Shown: positions 38,553 to 51,202 of the stretch, piece by piece
Numbering within the stretch: the first letter of the stretch is position 1
How the letters are laid out: each line of letters starts with the position of its first letter
NCBI RefSeq assembly: GCF_018977255.1
Contig: NW_024704842.1
Coordinates: 1-64,000, forward strand
Length of the DNA: 64,000 nucleotides
Direction: 5' to 3'
Source: Callorhinchus milii
Taxonomy: Eukaryota
Program-made: the position numbers and the translations under genes
Notes under the pieces: generated by a model
The model's input: the letters and a program-made list of their open reading frames with translations, nothing else
Told to the model about the DNA's origin: nothing
Database searches by the model: none

Positions 38553-39472
38553 ATGGCGACAATGCGACTGTTCATGGATTACCTTATCCTGTTGAGCTTT
38601 ATGTCAGGTGAGGCTGTGTGTCACACAAGTCAGATTTATGTTTATATAGAGACAGTCTCATCTGTAGGACGGTTCAAGAGGTCTAACATTCTTGGCTTTG
38701 TCTCCAGACGCGGGGTTAAGAGTCAAATTATTCGTAACGGAAATATAATACGAATAATAATCATTGCATTTGGTAATGCACTTTTTGCATCTTCGAGAAG
38801 TCACGAACCACTGCATAGAATATACTGGATAGTGCAGTGACTGTGTGTTTAGTGGGCGAAACGGAGAATCCAAATTCGCAGAGCAGTATCCCCACAAACA
38901 GTAGTGGATTGAGTGATCACACTTTAAGTTAGTCATTATTATCCCGGAAAGGTCATCCACCAATCGACCAGCAGCTGGGTTCCTACTTACTGCTCGGAAA
39001 ACAGGGGCGTATGTATAGATAGGAAACTTCCCAAAGTTTATCCCGGTCCTGCCAGGGAAGGGACCCGAGTCCTATCGCTTTCGAGGCGAGTGTACTGTCC
39101 ACTGAGCTGCAGGAGTAATGTAGCGCCATGTTTCAAGTTGATCCTTGCCTCTCGTTGCAGATGTGGTGCTGGGAGCTCCAGTCAGACAGCAGAGAGCGGG
39201 GCTGAGCAAACAAGAGGGATACACAGTGATTCTGAGTTGCTCATATATCAACAGTTCGAACTATGTTGCTCTGTATTGGTACAGGCATCACCCAGGCCTC
39301 GCTCCCCAATACATTCTCTACAGGCATAGTAATGGGATTGAAAACACTGCAGATTACGCCAAAGGCCGCTTCGCTTCACATCTTGGCAAGGATCAGTTGC
39401 AATCCACATTAATCATTCCCAGTGTCATTGTCAATGACGCTGCCACGTACTATTGTGCCTTAACATCAGATG
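38553..39472 (+). CDS. TCR alpha/delta V segment 18, functional duplicate of V15 (leader 38553-38607; V exon 39161-39472)
   Basis: Same structure as V15, with 4 amino-acid differences in the V exon. RSS: CACAGTG 39473-39479, 23 bp, ACACAAACC. Confidence 0.9.
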
Positions 39473-40342
39473 CACAGTGCTGCAAGGCAATGACTTCCCC
39501 GTACACAAACCCAATTTACGTTGAGTCACAATGTTACGCCAAACAACTCTGCTTTCATTGTTATACATGTAAACTAAAACTTCTTACAAAGAAGGTTTCA
39601 TTCCATTGCAAGCCTATAGCTTATTTGTAAGAGGTTTCGCCCAGCAAGCGACGAGACATTTGTTTGATTCGCCACCGAGCAAAATTTGGCACAGCGCCAC
39701 ACGCCTCTGTTTGATTTGCAGTTCGTAGGAACGCGGTTGGTTGTCGATCGGCGGATCGCTTTTCTAGGGGTAATGATCCCTATAAAAAATATGAACAGTA
39801 AATTGTTCACTCAATCCTGGACTGTGAGAGGGACCACGATGAGCGCAATTAACTGCCGCGATTCACCCACAAAATATACAGTGACGAGATTTTGCAGTGT
39901 TTCCTGTGAAGCGATTTGAATTACTGGATGACGTGATAAGTCGCTGCATCAAATGCAATGAATCTTTTTATTATTTCATTGTGTTATTAACAGACTACAC
40001 CTCTATCAATAAATCACTAAAGAGGAGAGGGAGGGTTTGATCACAGCACAGATGTTAGTCTGACAGCTGACATATTTAACAAGTTCTGACTTTGCCTCTG
40101 TGTCTCTCATAGGAGACACCTGACTAATTGACCACCAGAAGCAAACAATGAAATAGAACAACAACAACATGGTTCCATTTGTAGAGCGCCTTTCACGTCG
40201 GGAGTACCCAGAGGGGTGGGTGCTAAGGAAGCTTGCCTAAGATTGTGCCCTGTCCTGTCCGGGAATCGAACCCGTGTCCTCTCGCTTGCGAGGCGAGCGC
40301 TCTGACCACAGAGCTAAACGATTCCACGCTCTTGTCTTCCAG

Positions 40343-40648
40343 GCCTGATTCAGGGAAACTCTGTGACACAGAAGGTGGCTTCAGTGACTGGGGAAGAAGG
40401 AGGAAGTGTGACTATGGAATGTCATTATGATACGTCTCTGTGCGGCTACCATTTATATTGGTATCGAGAACAACAAGAAACACAACCAAAGTATGTGCTT
40501 AAAAGTGTTCTGGTGGTGGTACATATAAAGCAGATTTTGCTGAAAAGCGGTTCTCTGCTGAGCTCCGAAACTCGCAAAGTTCAGCTGTTTATCCATTTCC
40601 CTGTTGGAGCTGTCTGACAGCGCTGTATATTACTGTGCTCTCCAACCA
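40343..40648 (+). pseudogene. V pseudogene 19 (duplicate of V16)
   Basis: Carries the same frameshift as V16 plus further indels. RSS: CACAGTG 40649-40655, 23 bp, ACAAAAACT. Confidence 0.9.
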
Positions 40649-41461
40649 CACAGTGATGGGAACCAGTCAGAGACTCGTACAAAAACTAACAGCGTTTAGT
40701 GGGTTTGTGCTCCTGTCTCTCGAGGCCGCAGCAGCGATTTACTGTGGGAAGAGAGACGAGAAAAAGACACAAGAAGAACGCACATTGACAGCACATATGA
40801 GAGTGACAAAAACAACTCAATCACCCGACGATGTCAACGACTTTTGCCATAATGTTTGTTAAGGTACAGACCTGTTTTCAATTCCCGACAAGGCGAAAGG
40901 TTGAGCAAGTTTAAATAATGCGCAAACCTCTGTTTAGCATTAGGTAGGAACCTCATGACTTTACCACCGTTAAAAATTCGTACAAAAATTATAATAAAAA
41001 TTTGGTCACTCAATGCACGACTGTTTACGATCCACGGTTGTGTGCAATTGGCTGCCGATTTTCGCGCAAACGTCAGACGGTAACTCCACACCGTTATGTA
41101 TTCTGTGAAGCGCTTTGAGCCCTCTGGATGATTTCATAAGACGCTACAGAAAACGGAAGAATTATTATCATTATGAACAGCCTGCCAGTTAGGGCTTGGG
41201 ATTGCAGTGCTAACAGGAGCTGAATGGGAGAATTCCCGTTATTGCTACGGCTTCAAGGATTAAAATAAAATGCGTGAGAGGATTCCCAGCGCACAGTGAC
41301 TGGAGAAACCCGCGGTATAAAAGCCATTGGTTGTTGTGTTGAAACGCGGCTGAGATGCCAATGAGGTGACGTGAGACTGTGGCTCCGCCAATGCCGACAA
41401 TGGCTGCGGGTTACCAGCAAACTGATGCCACAGACACAACCACACTGACTACAGAGCAGCA

Positions 41462-42409
41462 ATGAAGCTGTTTGCTGTCTGTTTTGCGCTGGGAACCTTT
41501 ATGTCAGGTGAGGTCGTGTTGAGCTAATTCAGTGTTGCTGCTGATTGTCAGCTCCATTTCAACAACAATTGGTGGAGGGAGACCTGTAGATCAGTCGTTA
41601 GAGCACTCGCCTCTCAAGTGAGAGGACCTGTAGTTCGATCCCCAGACAGGACAGGCGAAATCGTAGGCAAGTTTCCTTGCACATCACACACGTCTCTAGT
41701 AGTAAGCAGAACACAATCTGTTTCATCATCCGTTGGAATATAAGGTGTATTATCGACTTCCAAATAATAATAATTTCTCAAACCTTTTTATTGGATTAGC
41801 GGATCTCTTTTCCGCTGATGATATTCCCCTATCAAATTATAAATAAAATAAGATAGCTCATTCGACAAGTAAATGTGGGTCACTGTTGTGCGAAATTGGC
41901 TGCTGCCTTTCGCCAACAAAACTGCACAGCCATTCACTTTAAAGTAGCGCTTTCCGAAGTCTGATGAAATTTAACATACATTGATGCTTACTATTTCATC
42001 ATTGACAAATTAGAGGTATATGGCGGCCTACACATTAGTATAGGCGATGCGAAAAATAATTCAGGCAAATAGTGATTAATAATATATTCCATGTTTATTA
42101 CAGAAATCTGATTCCGTCAGTCAGAAAGCTGCCACGACGGTTAAGATAGAAGGACAATCTGAGGTTATTGAATGTACTTATTCCACTACTGTTGGCTATT
42201 ACTATCTGTTCTGGTACCGACATTACCCAGACCAGCAGCCAGAGTTTATATTTCGCAGCTATAGTAACCGTGACAATCCCGTCAAAGGACCAGGATTTGG
42301 AAACCGTTTCACTGCTGAGCTGCACAAATCCATCTCATTCACCGGTTTAACCATCTCTGAGCTGGTGTTGTCTGACAGCGCTGTGTATTACTGTGCCTTT
42401 ACGTCTCAC
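41462..42409 (+). pseudogene. V pseudogene 20 (duplicate of V17, newly frameshifted)
   Basis: Leader 41462-41507 is intact. The V exon from 42104 lacks 8 nt (AAATCTG[TGATGGGG]ATTCC) relative to V17. RSS: CACAGTG 42410-42416, 23 bp, ACAGAAACT. Confidence 0.92.
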
Positions 42410-43634
42410 CACAGTGATAGACTGCACTGCAAGTCTCGTACAGAAACTGCCTTCACTTATATACATCGATATGATCTGTCTGTTGAATTGTGTTCGGAAA
42501 TTTGATCAGGCCTTCAGGCCCTTCGGGAAGCAAACATATCTGTAATCACACTGAGAGGAAACCACACTCACCTCACAACGACTTGTCAGCTAAACGTTCA
42601 CAATTAATGCAGACAGCAATTAGTGAACGAAATAGGCGCCACAGGACCTGTTACAGTTGATTGGTTTTGTTTTGTAAATATAATTTTAAAAAATCTTTTA
42701 CATTAAATCCACGTGATCGTCGCGCTTTAAAATATATTTTTCGAAAAAAAAGTCATCACGACTGATAGAGCGACACTGTTGTGCAAAATTGGCTGACAAG
42801 ACACAACATGTACAGTCAATTCGCTTGACAGTATATTTGTTGATTTGCCTTGAGACGTCTCGAAGTGTGATGAGACGCTATATCAAATGAAAGGATTAAT
42901 ATTATTATTATTATTCAGTGTGTTGGAGGCGGGTCTTCAATATCTGTGCCGTCACAGTGGCTGACAGATTGATGTGCTACTGTACTCGGACCCTCGGGTT
43001 ATATAAGCCACTGGAAACTAATTCCATGGACACTTTCCCATTTTCATTCCCTGTCACGCCCTGTGGACTCTGTGATATGTCGCTTTCAGGCCAAACACCG
43101 GGGAAGATAATAATCAGCACAAGAGGAATGAGAGAGTGAGCGAGAGAATGACTGAGAGAATGACTGAGCATATATTATCAATTGCATTGACTCCGTATTT
43201 TGTTGGACAGACTGAGAGAGTGACTAAGAGAGAAAGACTCATAGCCTACTTACATAAGAGTGATATTATTGTATTCGAAACAATATAATTTGCAATGAAA
43301 TTCTGCTTCATTCTCAACTCTCACGTCAAAATTTCTGGTTGAAATGCAACCAGAAATAAGCTGAATTCTGATAAAAGATTGGTAACGTTTGTCGAGCGCC
43401 GCTAATGGTGTAGTTACAATTATATTCTCGGTGACGCCTTCACTAACTGCTCGTTTCCTGTATGTTTGTTTGTGCTGAATTCATTCACAAATCGACTAGC
43501 ACCAGTGTTCCTATTTAATGCAGTGTAATCAGAACCGATTTTGTGTATGAAGAAAACAGACACAACCTTTCTCTCTGCTTGGATATTGAACAAAATTCCT
43601 GTCCCTTATGATGCACCTGTCTCTCTAAGTGTGA

Positions 43635-43667
<33 letters not shown>

Positions 43668-45869
43668 GGTGACTCTAAATCAGTGTCACTCTCTATCAGT
43701 CACACTTTCTCATACACACATACTTCTCACGCAGTCTCTCTATCTCTCTCTCCCCATCGCCGTCCCGATCAGACGCTGTCTCTCACACACACATCGATTC
43801 CCTCTGTATATCCCTCTTTCTTTCTCTTTCTCTCTCTCTATCTCAGTCTCTCACTGTCAGTCTGTCTCTCTCTTAGTCTGTCTCTCTCACACACCCTCTA
43901 TCTCTCAGTCTCTCTCACGGTTACTCTCTCCAACTGTTAAACTAAAGGACTTCTCGTTGATTGATTTGAGGAGAGCAGCTCGACCTCCATTAGTGAGAGG
44001 AGTGGTGGAATCAGGGAGATCTCCATTGTTTATGATGATCCCAGAGTTACTTTGCGGTTGGAGCTCTCACCTCGCAAGCGAGAGTATCCAGGTTAATTTC
44101 GTCGACATGGTTTTATATTAGGAGATTTCCTTCCTCCACGCACAAGTGAGCCTCTGTCTACCTGGCAGTAAGAAGGAATCGGCTTTTCAGTCGATCGGGG
44201 GATTGTTTTCTGGGGTTTATAGTGCCTTAACATTGATAATGATAATTGTATTCAATGCACGATTGTCCGTGGGACACTGCGATGCGCAATTGAGAGCCAC
44301 GATTAACCCAAAAACTCAAAATTTGAAACAATCGTAAGGAACGTACCAGATTGAAAATTTCCCAGATAATTGCATCAAAAAAAGGCGAAAGATGGTCTTG
44401 CAAACAGTATTTCTACAACAAAATATACAATTATTTCATTCTGCGATATATTCTGTGAAGCGGTTTGATACGTGTGAAATATGCGATAAGTCGCTGTATT
44501 AAACGCATTGATTACTATTATTTTCGTTATTGAATATAGCCATCATAATACCCAAAGAGACATCAACCCTTATCTCGTAACAAATCTTATTGTGAATGTT
44601 TCCTTTTTGATCCATTTGCTTTGCAATCCACAACAGGGCCCTCAGCGTGTTTATGCTTGCCCACGTTTTTGCCCTAACTGCACTTATGTAGAAAAAGAGG
44701 TAAGTGCACACATATACACGTTTGGATCTGCGCATGCTCACCTCAAGCCTGCACATGTGTGTGCGAAGACTGATGAGGTCCTGAGGGTGAGTTATACCTG
44801 TGCTTGTGACTGTATAATGGTTGGATATCGTGTATTTTTCATCCCTACGACTAAGCTGCGCATTAGGGCTTCGGCTGGCACGGTTGACAGGAACTGAGTG
44901 CGCGCATTCCCTTTCCCTAGCGACTGGTCTGGCCTTCCAAGTGCTGCCGATGTGGAGGCTGATGCTCTACCCCCAGCAGTGTCCTGGAGTACTGCGGAAA
45001 CGCCTGTTAAGGAACCGGTTGGGAAATACTCACAGAGGGCTGTCTCGATTTTGACATTCGTCAGTAAGCTGCATAACAACTCCTCCAGTGATACAGGGAG
45101 ACTCAAGGAGGAAGTGAAATATTAGTCAGATCATTACAGGAAGTTAAACTGTGCAACAAAAAACTCTTGAGGCAGTAATGTGGTATTTCATGTTTTTATT
45201 TTTAATTTGAACACTGTTAGTCAGTGAATGAATATAATCATCTGATGCACAACAATCATCAAGAGATACGAGGACTCGATGAATTGTTTGTACTGCCTTT
45301 CCGCTCTCCAGCATTAGATGGTGATCACCGGACCGAGAGGATGAGCGATAAAATTAGTGAAATTGGATTCAGTGGGCAACAATTTATTGACATAAAGCTG
45401 AAATTGGAATGAGAATGTATTTTGAGGTATAAGAAACTACTGAGGAACAGCTCAGATTCGTGATACTACGTGAAGAAGTCTATTTACATGCAGATTATTT
45501 GCTGTTGCGCTGAAAACGTATGAATTTATTAAGTGGATTTCCGTGGAGCTGTAATACCGAGGTCAGCCTCTGGGTGGCGATGTTGTACAGAGTACACAGG
45601 GAGGAGTTACAGTGCAACACCACTACCTGCTGGGCATGTGCTTGTAACTGCAGGCCTTCCAGCCATTCCTGTCTGCCTGGACTTGGGAGCATTTTAAATT
45701 CCCGCCATTCAGTGCGTAATTATTGTCAGATTTGGGGAACCCGGAAACTGGAAATATGTGGCCGTTCAGGGGATCAATTGGGAAGTCTTTGCTTCGTGAA
45801 GAGCGCTACAAAACTGTAATTTGTTGTTGTATATTTTTGTTGCCAATCCTCACCTTCTTTCCACACCAT

Positions 45870-46260
45870 ACCTTCACTCACGCCCAGCTCCACACCGTCC
45901 TCATCCACACCCAATCCCACCCCATTCTCACCCACACCCACTCCCATCCCAACCTATCCCACACACATCTCCACCCCATCTTTACTCACACCCAGCACCA
46001 CCTCATCTTCACTCACTACCAGCTCCATCCCATCTTCACTCACACCCAGCTCCACCCCATCCTCACACACACCCAGTCCCACTCCATCCTATCCCACACC
46101 CATCTCCAACCCATCTTTATTCACACCCAGCACCACTCCATTTTCACTCACACCCAGCTCCAGATCATCTTCGCTCACACACAGCTCCAACGCATCTTCA
46201 CTCGCACCAGCCACGCCCAATCCTCAGGCAGCCCCAGCCCCACCCGATTCTCGCCCACAT
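45870..46260. repeat. Degenerate 27-bp minisatellite (CACACCCAGCTCCACCCCATCTTCACT)
   Basis: The periodicity produces the spurious (HTQLHPIFT)n ORF. Confidence 0.8.
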
Positions 46261-46779
46261 CCAGCCCCTTCCCTTCTCATCCACACATAGACCCTCCTCC
46301 TTCATCACATCCAGCCCCTCCCCATCCTCACTAACACCCAACCAATCTCCCTTATCACCCACACCCAGCCCCTCTCCAACCTCAACCACACCCAGCTCCT
46401 CGCTGTCACAGTGACCAGCACTAACACCATAATGACCAGTTCATCAAAAAAACCATGGTGACGACGCATTCTCACACTGATAGCTGTTTTCAGTCTGGTT
46501 TACGTTTTCATGACCTTGCGCTGAAGTAAGAATTGATACACATTTCTTTTTAAGTAGTTAAATTTAATATAAGATTGCCAAGCTGACGCCTAATGTAACT
46601 GATACATTTCATCAATGAAATTTACGCTGAATATGGGATATTATAATTAATTGCAATGAGTTGATCGGATCAATACATTTACGTTAATATAGGAAACGCT
46701 CGCGTTACGGTTCCCATCAGCTGATTATGATTATACAACACAGACGGTTACATCACTGTACTTTTACACATTTCCCCCT

Positions 46780-47740
46780 TCTCCCTCACTCTTTGTCCTC
46801 TCATTCTCTTTTCCCTTATTTCTCCCTATTTCTGTTCCTGTCTCTCAATACCTCGCTTCCCACGTGCATCGCCCCAACCCCCCACCACCCACCCCACACA
46901 CACTCTCTCTGCCATCTCTCACTCTCTCTGCTCTGTTCCTCCTTGTTTGTTTCCCCAACTCTGTCCCTCTCTCTGCCGCTCTCCATCATAATCGGTCTCT
47001 CAATCATTCGCTCACCTTCACCCTCCGAATCGCTCTCTCCTACCCCCGTCTCTCTCCTTCCTTGTCAGCCCTGTTTCTCTCTCTGTGTGACACTCTCTCT
47101 CACTCAATTGCTCTCTCCTTCTCTCGTACTTCAAACGCCCTCTTAATTCTGAATCGCACAATAACTTTTTCCTCACACAAGCATTCTTTTCCAGTTGCTC
47201 TCAGTTGATTTCTCTCACTCCCCCTCTTACCCTCCCGCACTCTTTCTGTCCCCTCTCACACTCTCTCTGCATCACTTTATCTCTGCTTGGCCACTTTTTC
47301 CCGATCCCCCCTAACATTCTCTCTCTATCAATCGCTCTTTCTCAAACACGCTCACTGTTGGGCCATCCAGTAAATTAAGCACTAACATTTCTGATTCAAA
47401 TTTTCACTCACACCCCTCGTCCTTTGTCTCTCCATCTCTCTCACAATCTGCCCTGCTCTCTTTTACTCTCTCACCCTCTACCACACAGACTCTCACTCTC
47501 GCTATCTTTCTCTTAGTCGCTGATTCTCACTGTGTCCCTCACTCAGTATTTCTCTCTCTCTCTCACACACACTCAGTCTCATTCAATCACTCTCTCACAT
47601 TCATTCTCACTCAGTACCTCTCTCAATCTCTCGCTCAGTCTCTCACCCTCAGTCTCATTATATCTTACTCAGTCTCTCTCTCTAACTCATTCACACTCAC
47701 TCACTCATTCTATCTCATTCTGTGACTCAATCTCCACCTA
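46780..47740. repeat. (CT)n-rich low-complexity tract; similar tracts at ~520-948, ~24770-24870 (GA) and ~43630-43930
   Basis: Visible CT/GA dinucleotide runs. Confidence 0.85.
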
Positions 47741-47850
47741 TGTCAGGGAGACAAGTGCCGTGAGTGACGCGTTGTAGTCAAACTGAAGCTGGTATTGAAT
47801 ATAGTTGCTGATGAGGAGCTGGAGCGAGGAGATGGCCACCGGCCTCCGGG

Positions 47851-50800
47851 CTACACTCTGACTGTGGCGTAGATTGGACCATCATTCTCACCGTTTTCAC
47901 GGCCATTCTCAATCCTGTTTCCCAACATCAGATTAGCGTAGATGATGTCAGCATTCTGCAATCAGGGCAACACTCAACATATCTGCAGAAGGTCATTGGG
48001 AGTAAACCCTCCCCCACCCACCCACCCCTTCCTGGAGACTCCGACTCATATCTCCAGTGTGTGAGGGTGTTTGTTTCCCCTTCCCCACACCAGGAGTACT
48101 ACACATGTTAAATTACCAGCAAGTGGAATCAAGTTTTGTGATAAATCCGCCCGTAAATAAACCGGAGCCAACAATAATGATAAAAATCTTGCGTTTAAGA
48201 AACTCCTCTGAGATGAACGACGCTGTTTGAACGTGAAATTAAACACAGACACACACAGACATCGAGACTCTCTTTCTGACTCACACATACGTATACACAC
48301 AAACAAACACACACACAGACACTTCCAAAAAGGCAGAAACATGCGCTCACAGAAAAGCACAATCACGTAGACAGATACACAAGCACATGGTTCTGAAGTT
48401 TTTCACGTTGAGAGAACGGCTGAAAGTGTTTAACAACATGTATTATAATTGGTGGAAAGTTTATGACCATAACCAAAAGGATCAGCCGAGTTGTGCACAG
48501 AAACGTCCCTCATATACCCAGTCAGACTTCAAGACAGTAAAACCTGTGAAGCGCTTTGAGACGTCCTCATCATGTAAGATGATCTATACCGAATGCAAGG
48601 ATTATTATTATTTTGCTGAACTCAGCGAAAAAATGTTAACGGCCAGTGCAAGGGAAGATTCCCTCTTGCCTTTCTCAATATTGCCAAATTCCCGACTTTG
48701 AGGATAAAACCATATATTTATAGCTCAAGCGCGAGTGCTTCCGGCTGAGACAGCGTGACCGAGAGCCTGAGCTGGAGTGTGCTAGGCTGACACGGCTGAG
48801 CTGGGTTGACACAGTGCTGAGCTGGGCTGAGCCAGGTCTGACCTGGTCTGACACACGGCCAAAGCTGGTCTGTTGACACAGGGCGTGAGCTGGGCTGTAC
48901 AGAAACTGAGCTGACACAGGGCTTAGCTGGGCTTACACAGGGTTGAGCTGACACAGAGCCTGAGGTATGCTGATACCTGGTTCAGCTGAACCGATACAGG
49001 GCCTGAGCAAGGCTGACACAGTGTTAAGCTGCCCTGACACAGGCCAGTGATGCATTCACTACTCACCATTGGAGGCACCGACCGGGGTACCTTTCTCACC
49101 GTAGCATCTGAAAGAAACGGAAACTGTATTTAACACCAGCACAATTCATTAACTGCACTATAGTTGAATAGTATTATTAAGGATACCAAAGGTTGCAGTG
49201 AATAATTATTAACGATAATGCTGACAGTAAATATTAGACCACAGTTAATATTTTGGTAACATGGCATTTGAAAAAAACTAACTTATCACGACATCGCGAA
49301 GTCTCAAAGAGCTTCACAGGATTGACGGTGTAATGGAGTTACTGCATACTATGTCAATTAAACCTGGAAGACATTCATGCCAGCAGCCTCACAAGCACAA
49401 TATGTGAACGATTTTTTCTCAGGATTGATGGCCAGATAGAGATCGTTGGCAGAGTGAGAGAGGTTCTGTTCTTGAGTAGCGCAGTGGGATCTTTAATATC
49501 CTCCTAAACAGGCCGACATTTTCTCGGTTTATATTAAAATCTGAAGGACGAAACTTGAAGTGGCTCAAAACAGTCAGCGACATAGAAAAAAAACACGCAG
49601 ACACACAAACACGCAACAGTCACACAGCCTGGCACGCAGAAAGACCAAAAGAAGAGGAGAGTGGCAGACACACAGATCGACGCACACAAGAGACACAGAC
49701 TGACTAAGGGAGGAGGTGAGTGGAGATAAACAGACACACAGAGCAAACGATAACGTGAGAGTCAGAGAGAGAGAGAGAAATGATATGTATCAGTATTATT
49801 GAGGACTTAAAAACTTGCAATTAATAATCTTTAATGATCATGCAAGCATTGGTGTCAGCAGCTCCAAAATCAGATGTACACAGGGCGTGAACAATTGTTT
49901 TCTGGAGGATTGTTGGACAGAGAGAGAGATTGTTGGCCATGAGAGACAGATTCTCTCTTTGAATTGGGCCGGGGGTTCTTTAATGTCCCCCTGAAAGGGC
50001 AGAAGGGACGTCGGTATATTGTCTCTTCTGAAAGACAAAAAACTTTTAGTGTCGCGAATTGAGACAAGCGATTGACAGTCAGACACACAGACAATCATGC
50101 GGCAGAAACACAGATAGGAACGCAGACAGACCAAGAGAGAAGGAGAGTGGCAGATATACAGATTGACACACATTAAGACACCCAGAGAGTTGAAGGAAGA
50201 AGGCGACTGCACAAGGGGAGATACAAATTCAGAGGAAGAGGGCAAGGAATCAATAGCCTCTGGTTTGGGGGAGGCTCATGAGCAAGAGATTGGTTTTGTG
50301 TGGGTCTCGGGCCACCGGCTGACCAGACGAGTTTGTGATCAGCTCTTTTCACTCAGGACTCAAACCTAGGAAACTTCTCACTCACAGGTGACGTTGCTGG
50401 GTTCAGGTCCGCCTCCCGTGGGTACGTTCCTGCGAAAAAAAACAGAGAGATGAGAACGACGTACTCTCTGCTCTTTCACTGAGGAGGATTGCGGTGCACA
50501 GTCCTAGGCTTGTAACAGAGCTAACGACCAAACATTGACACTCATCTGGGGTGAAGCGAGGAGATGCGGGACGATTTGGGTTAGCAGCGAATTGTCTGAG
50601 GTTTGTGTGGAAACCCATCACCATGGTGAGGAGTATCCATACCACACGATGAATTCCAGTCATGCCTCCAACAGAAGGCAATTCCTGTTTTTCTAATTGA
50701 TACGCATTATGTCTGCCAACCTAATTCTCTGTGGTTTAGACACAATCTGGCTAGAATCAGGGTTTAGCGACCTAAAAGTATGAATTGGGATCCCACCAGC

Positions 50801-51202
50801 GAAAACCACACGGCTTGCTATAGGGAGCTACGTCTTGCAATCTTCCTCTGCTTTTCGAGTTAGGAAATTTCTACCCATTAGTGATTTGTTCTGCAGTGTA
50901 GCAGGAGATGAGTAGGAGGATTCCTTAACCCCAATATCTTTTCTGCCCTCCGAGTTTTGCCAATGAGTGTGGGAGTGTACACATGTGCAGACACTTTGGA
51001 GAGAGAGCAGGGAATGGGATTAAATTGGAGATCTCCAGTGGGGTGCAAGCAACACCACAGACAGGATGGCGTGAGAGGAGGAATGGGAAGAGTATAGAGA
51101 GCTCCAGTCGGGGTGGAAGCACCTGTGCAAGCAGGATGGGGAAAAAGAATGAAATAGCGGTGAAATGTTCTCACCTTTCCCCACTTGAACTCTTCTGTTT
51201 AC
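47851..51202 (-). CDS. Four cytoplasmic exons (28, 44, 41, 105 nt) encoding VTYATV, IIYANL, PIYATV
   Basis: Phases chain 1-2, 2-1, 1-0, 0-stop, giving GKQKSSSGERNVPTGGGPEPSNVTYATVRKVPRSVPPMNADIIYANLMLGNRIENGRENGENDGPIYATVRV*. All donors are GTGAG. Confidence 0.85.

Larger units (their letters stand above)
32027..42800 (+). repeat. Tandem segmental duplication, two ~5.4-kb copies (32027-37415 and 37423-42800)
   Basis: Paired ORFs are offset by ~5385-5414 bp (e.g. 33155/38553, 34819/40233) and the sequences are near-identical by eye. A 7-nt filler TCTGTCT sits at the junction. Confidence 0.9.

Noticed and set aside
1271-42448. IgH-type VH (or TAILV) segments, known in shark TCR-delta loci
   Set aside because: None of the Vs shows VH motifs such as WVRQxPGKGLEW. 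Apart from the NAR V, all look like TCR alpha/delta V.
44792-45125. ORFs and isolated splice-like sites between the V array and the receptor's last exon
   Set aside because: No recognisable domain, and they could not be chained into a phase-consistent gene model.
45723-46414. Long His/Pro-rich ORFs (203 aa, 197 aa)
   Set aside because: Translations of a 27-bp minisatellite, with no splice structure or domain.
50403-50692. Hydrophobic ORF segment GMTGIHRVVWILLTMVMGF as a TM exon
   Set aside because: Purine-rich acceptor and no good in-phase donor. It lies between cytoplasmic exons, and a far better TM exon exists at 52256-52354.
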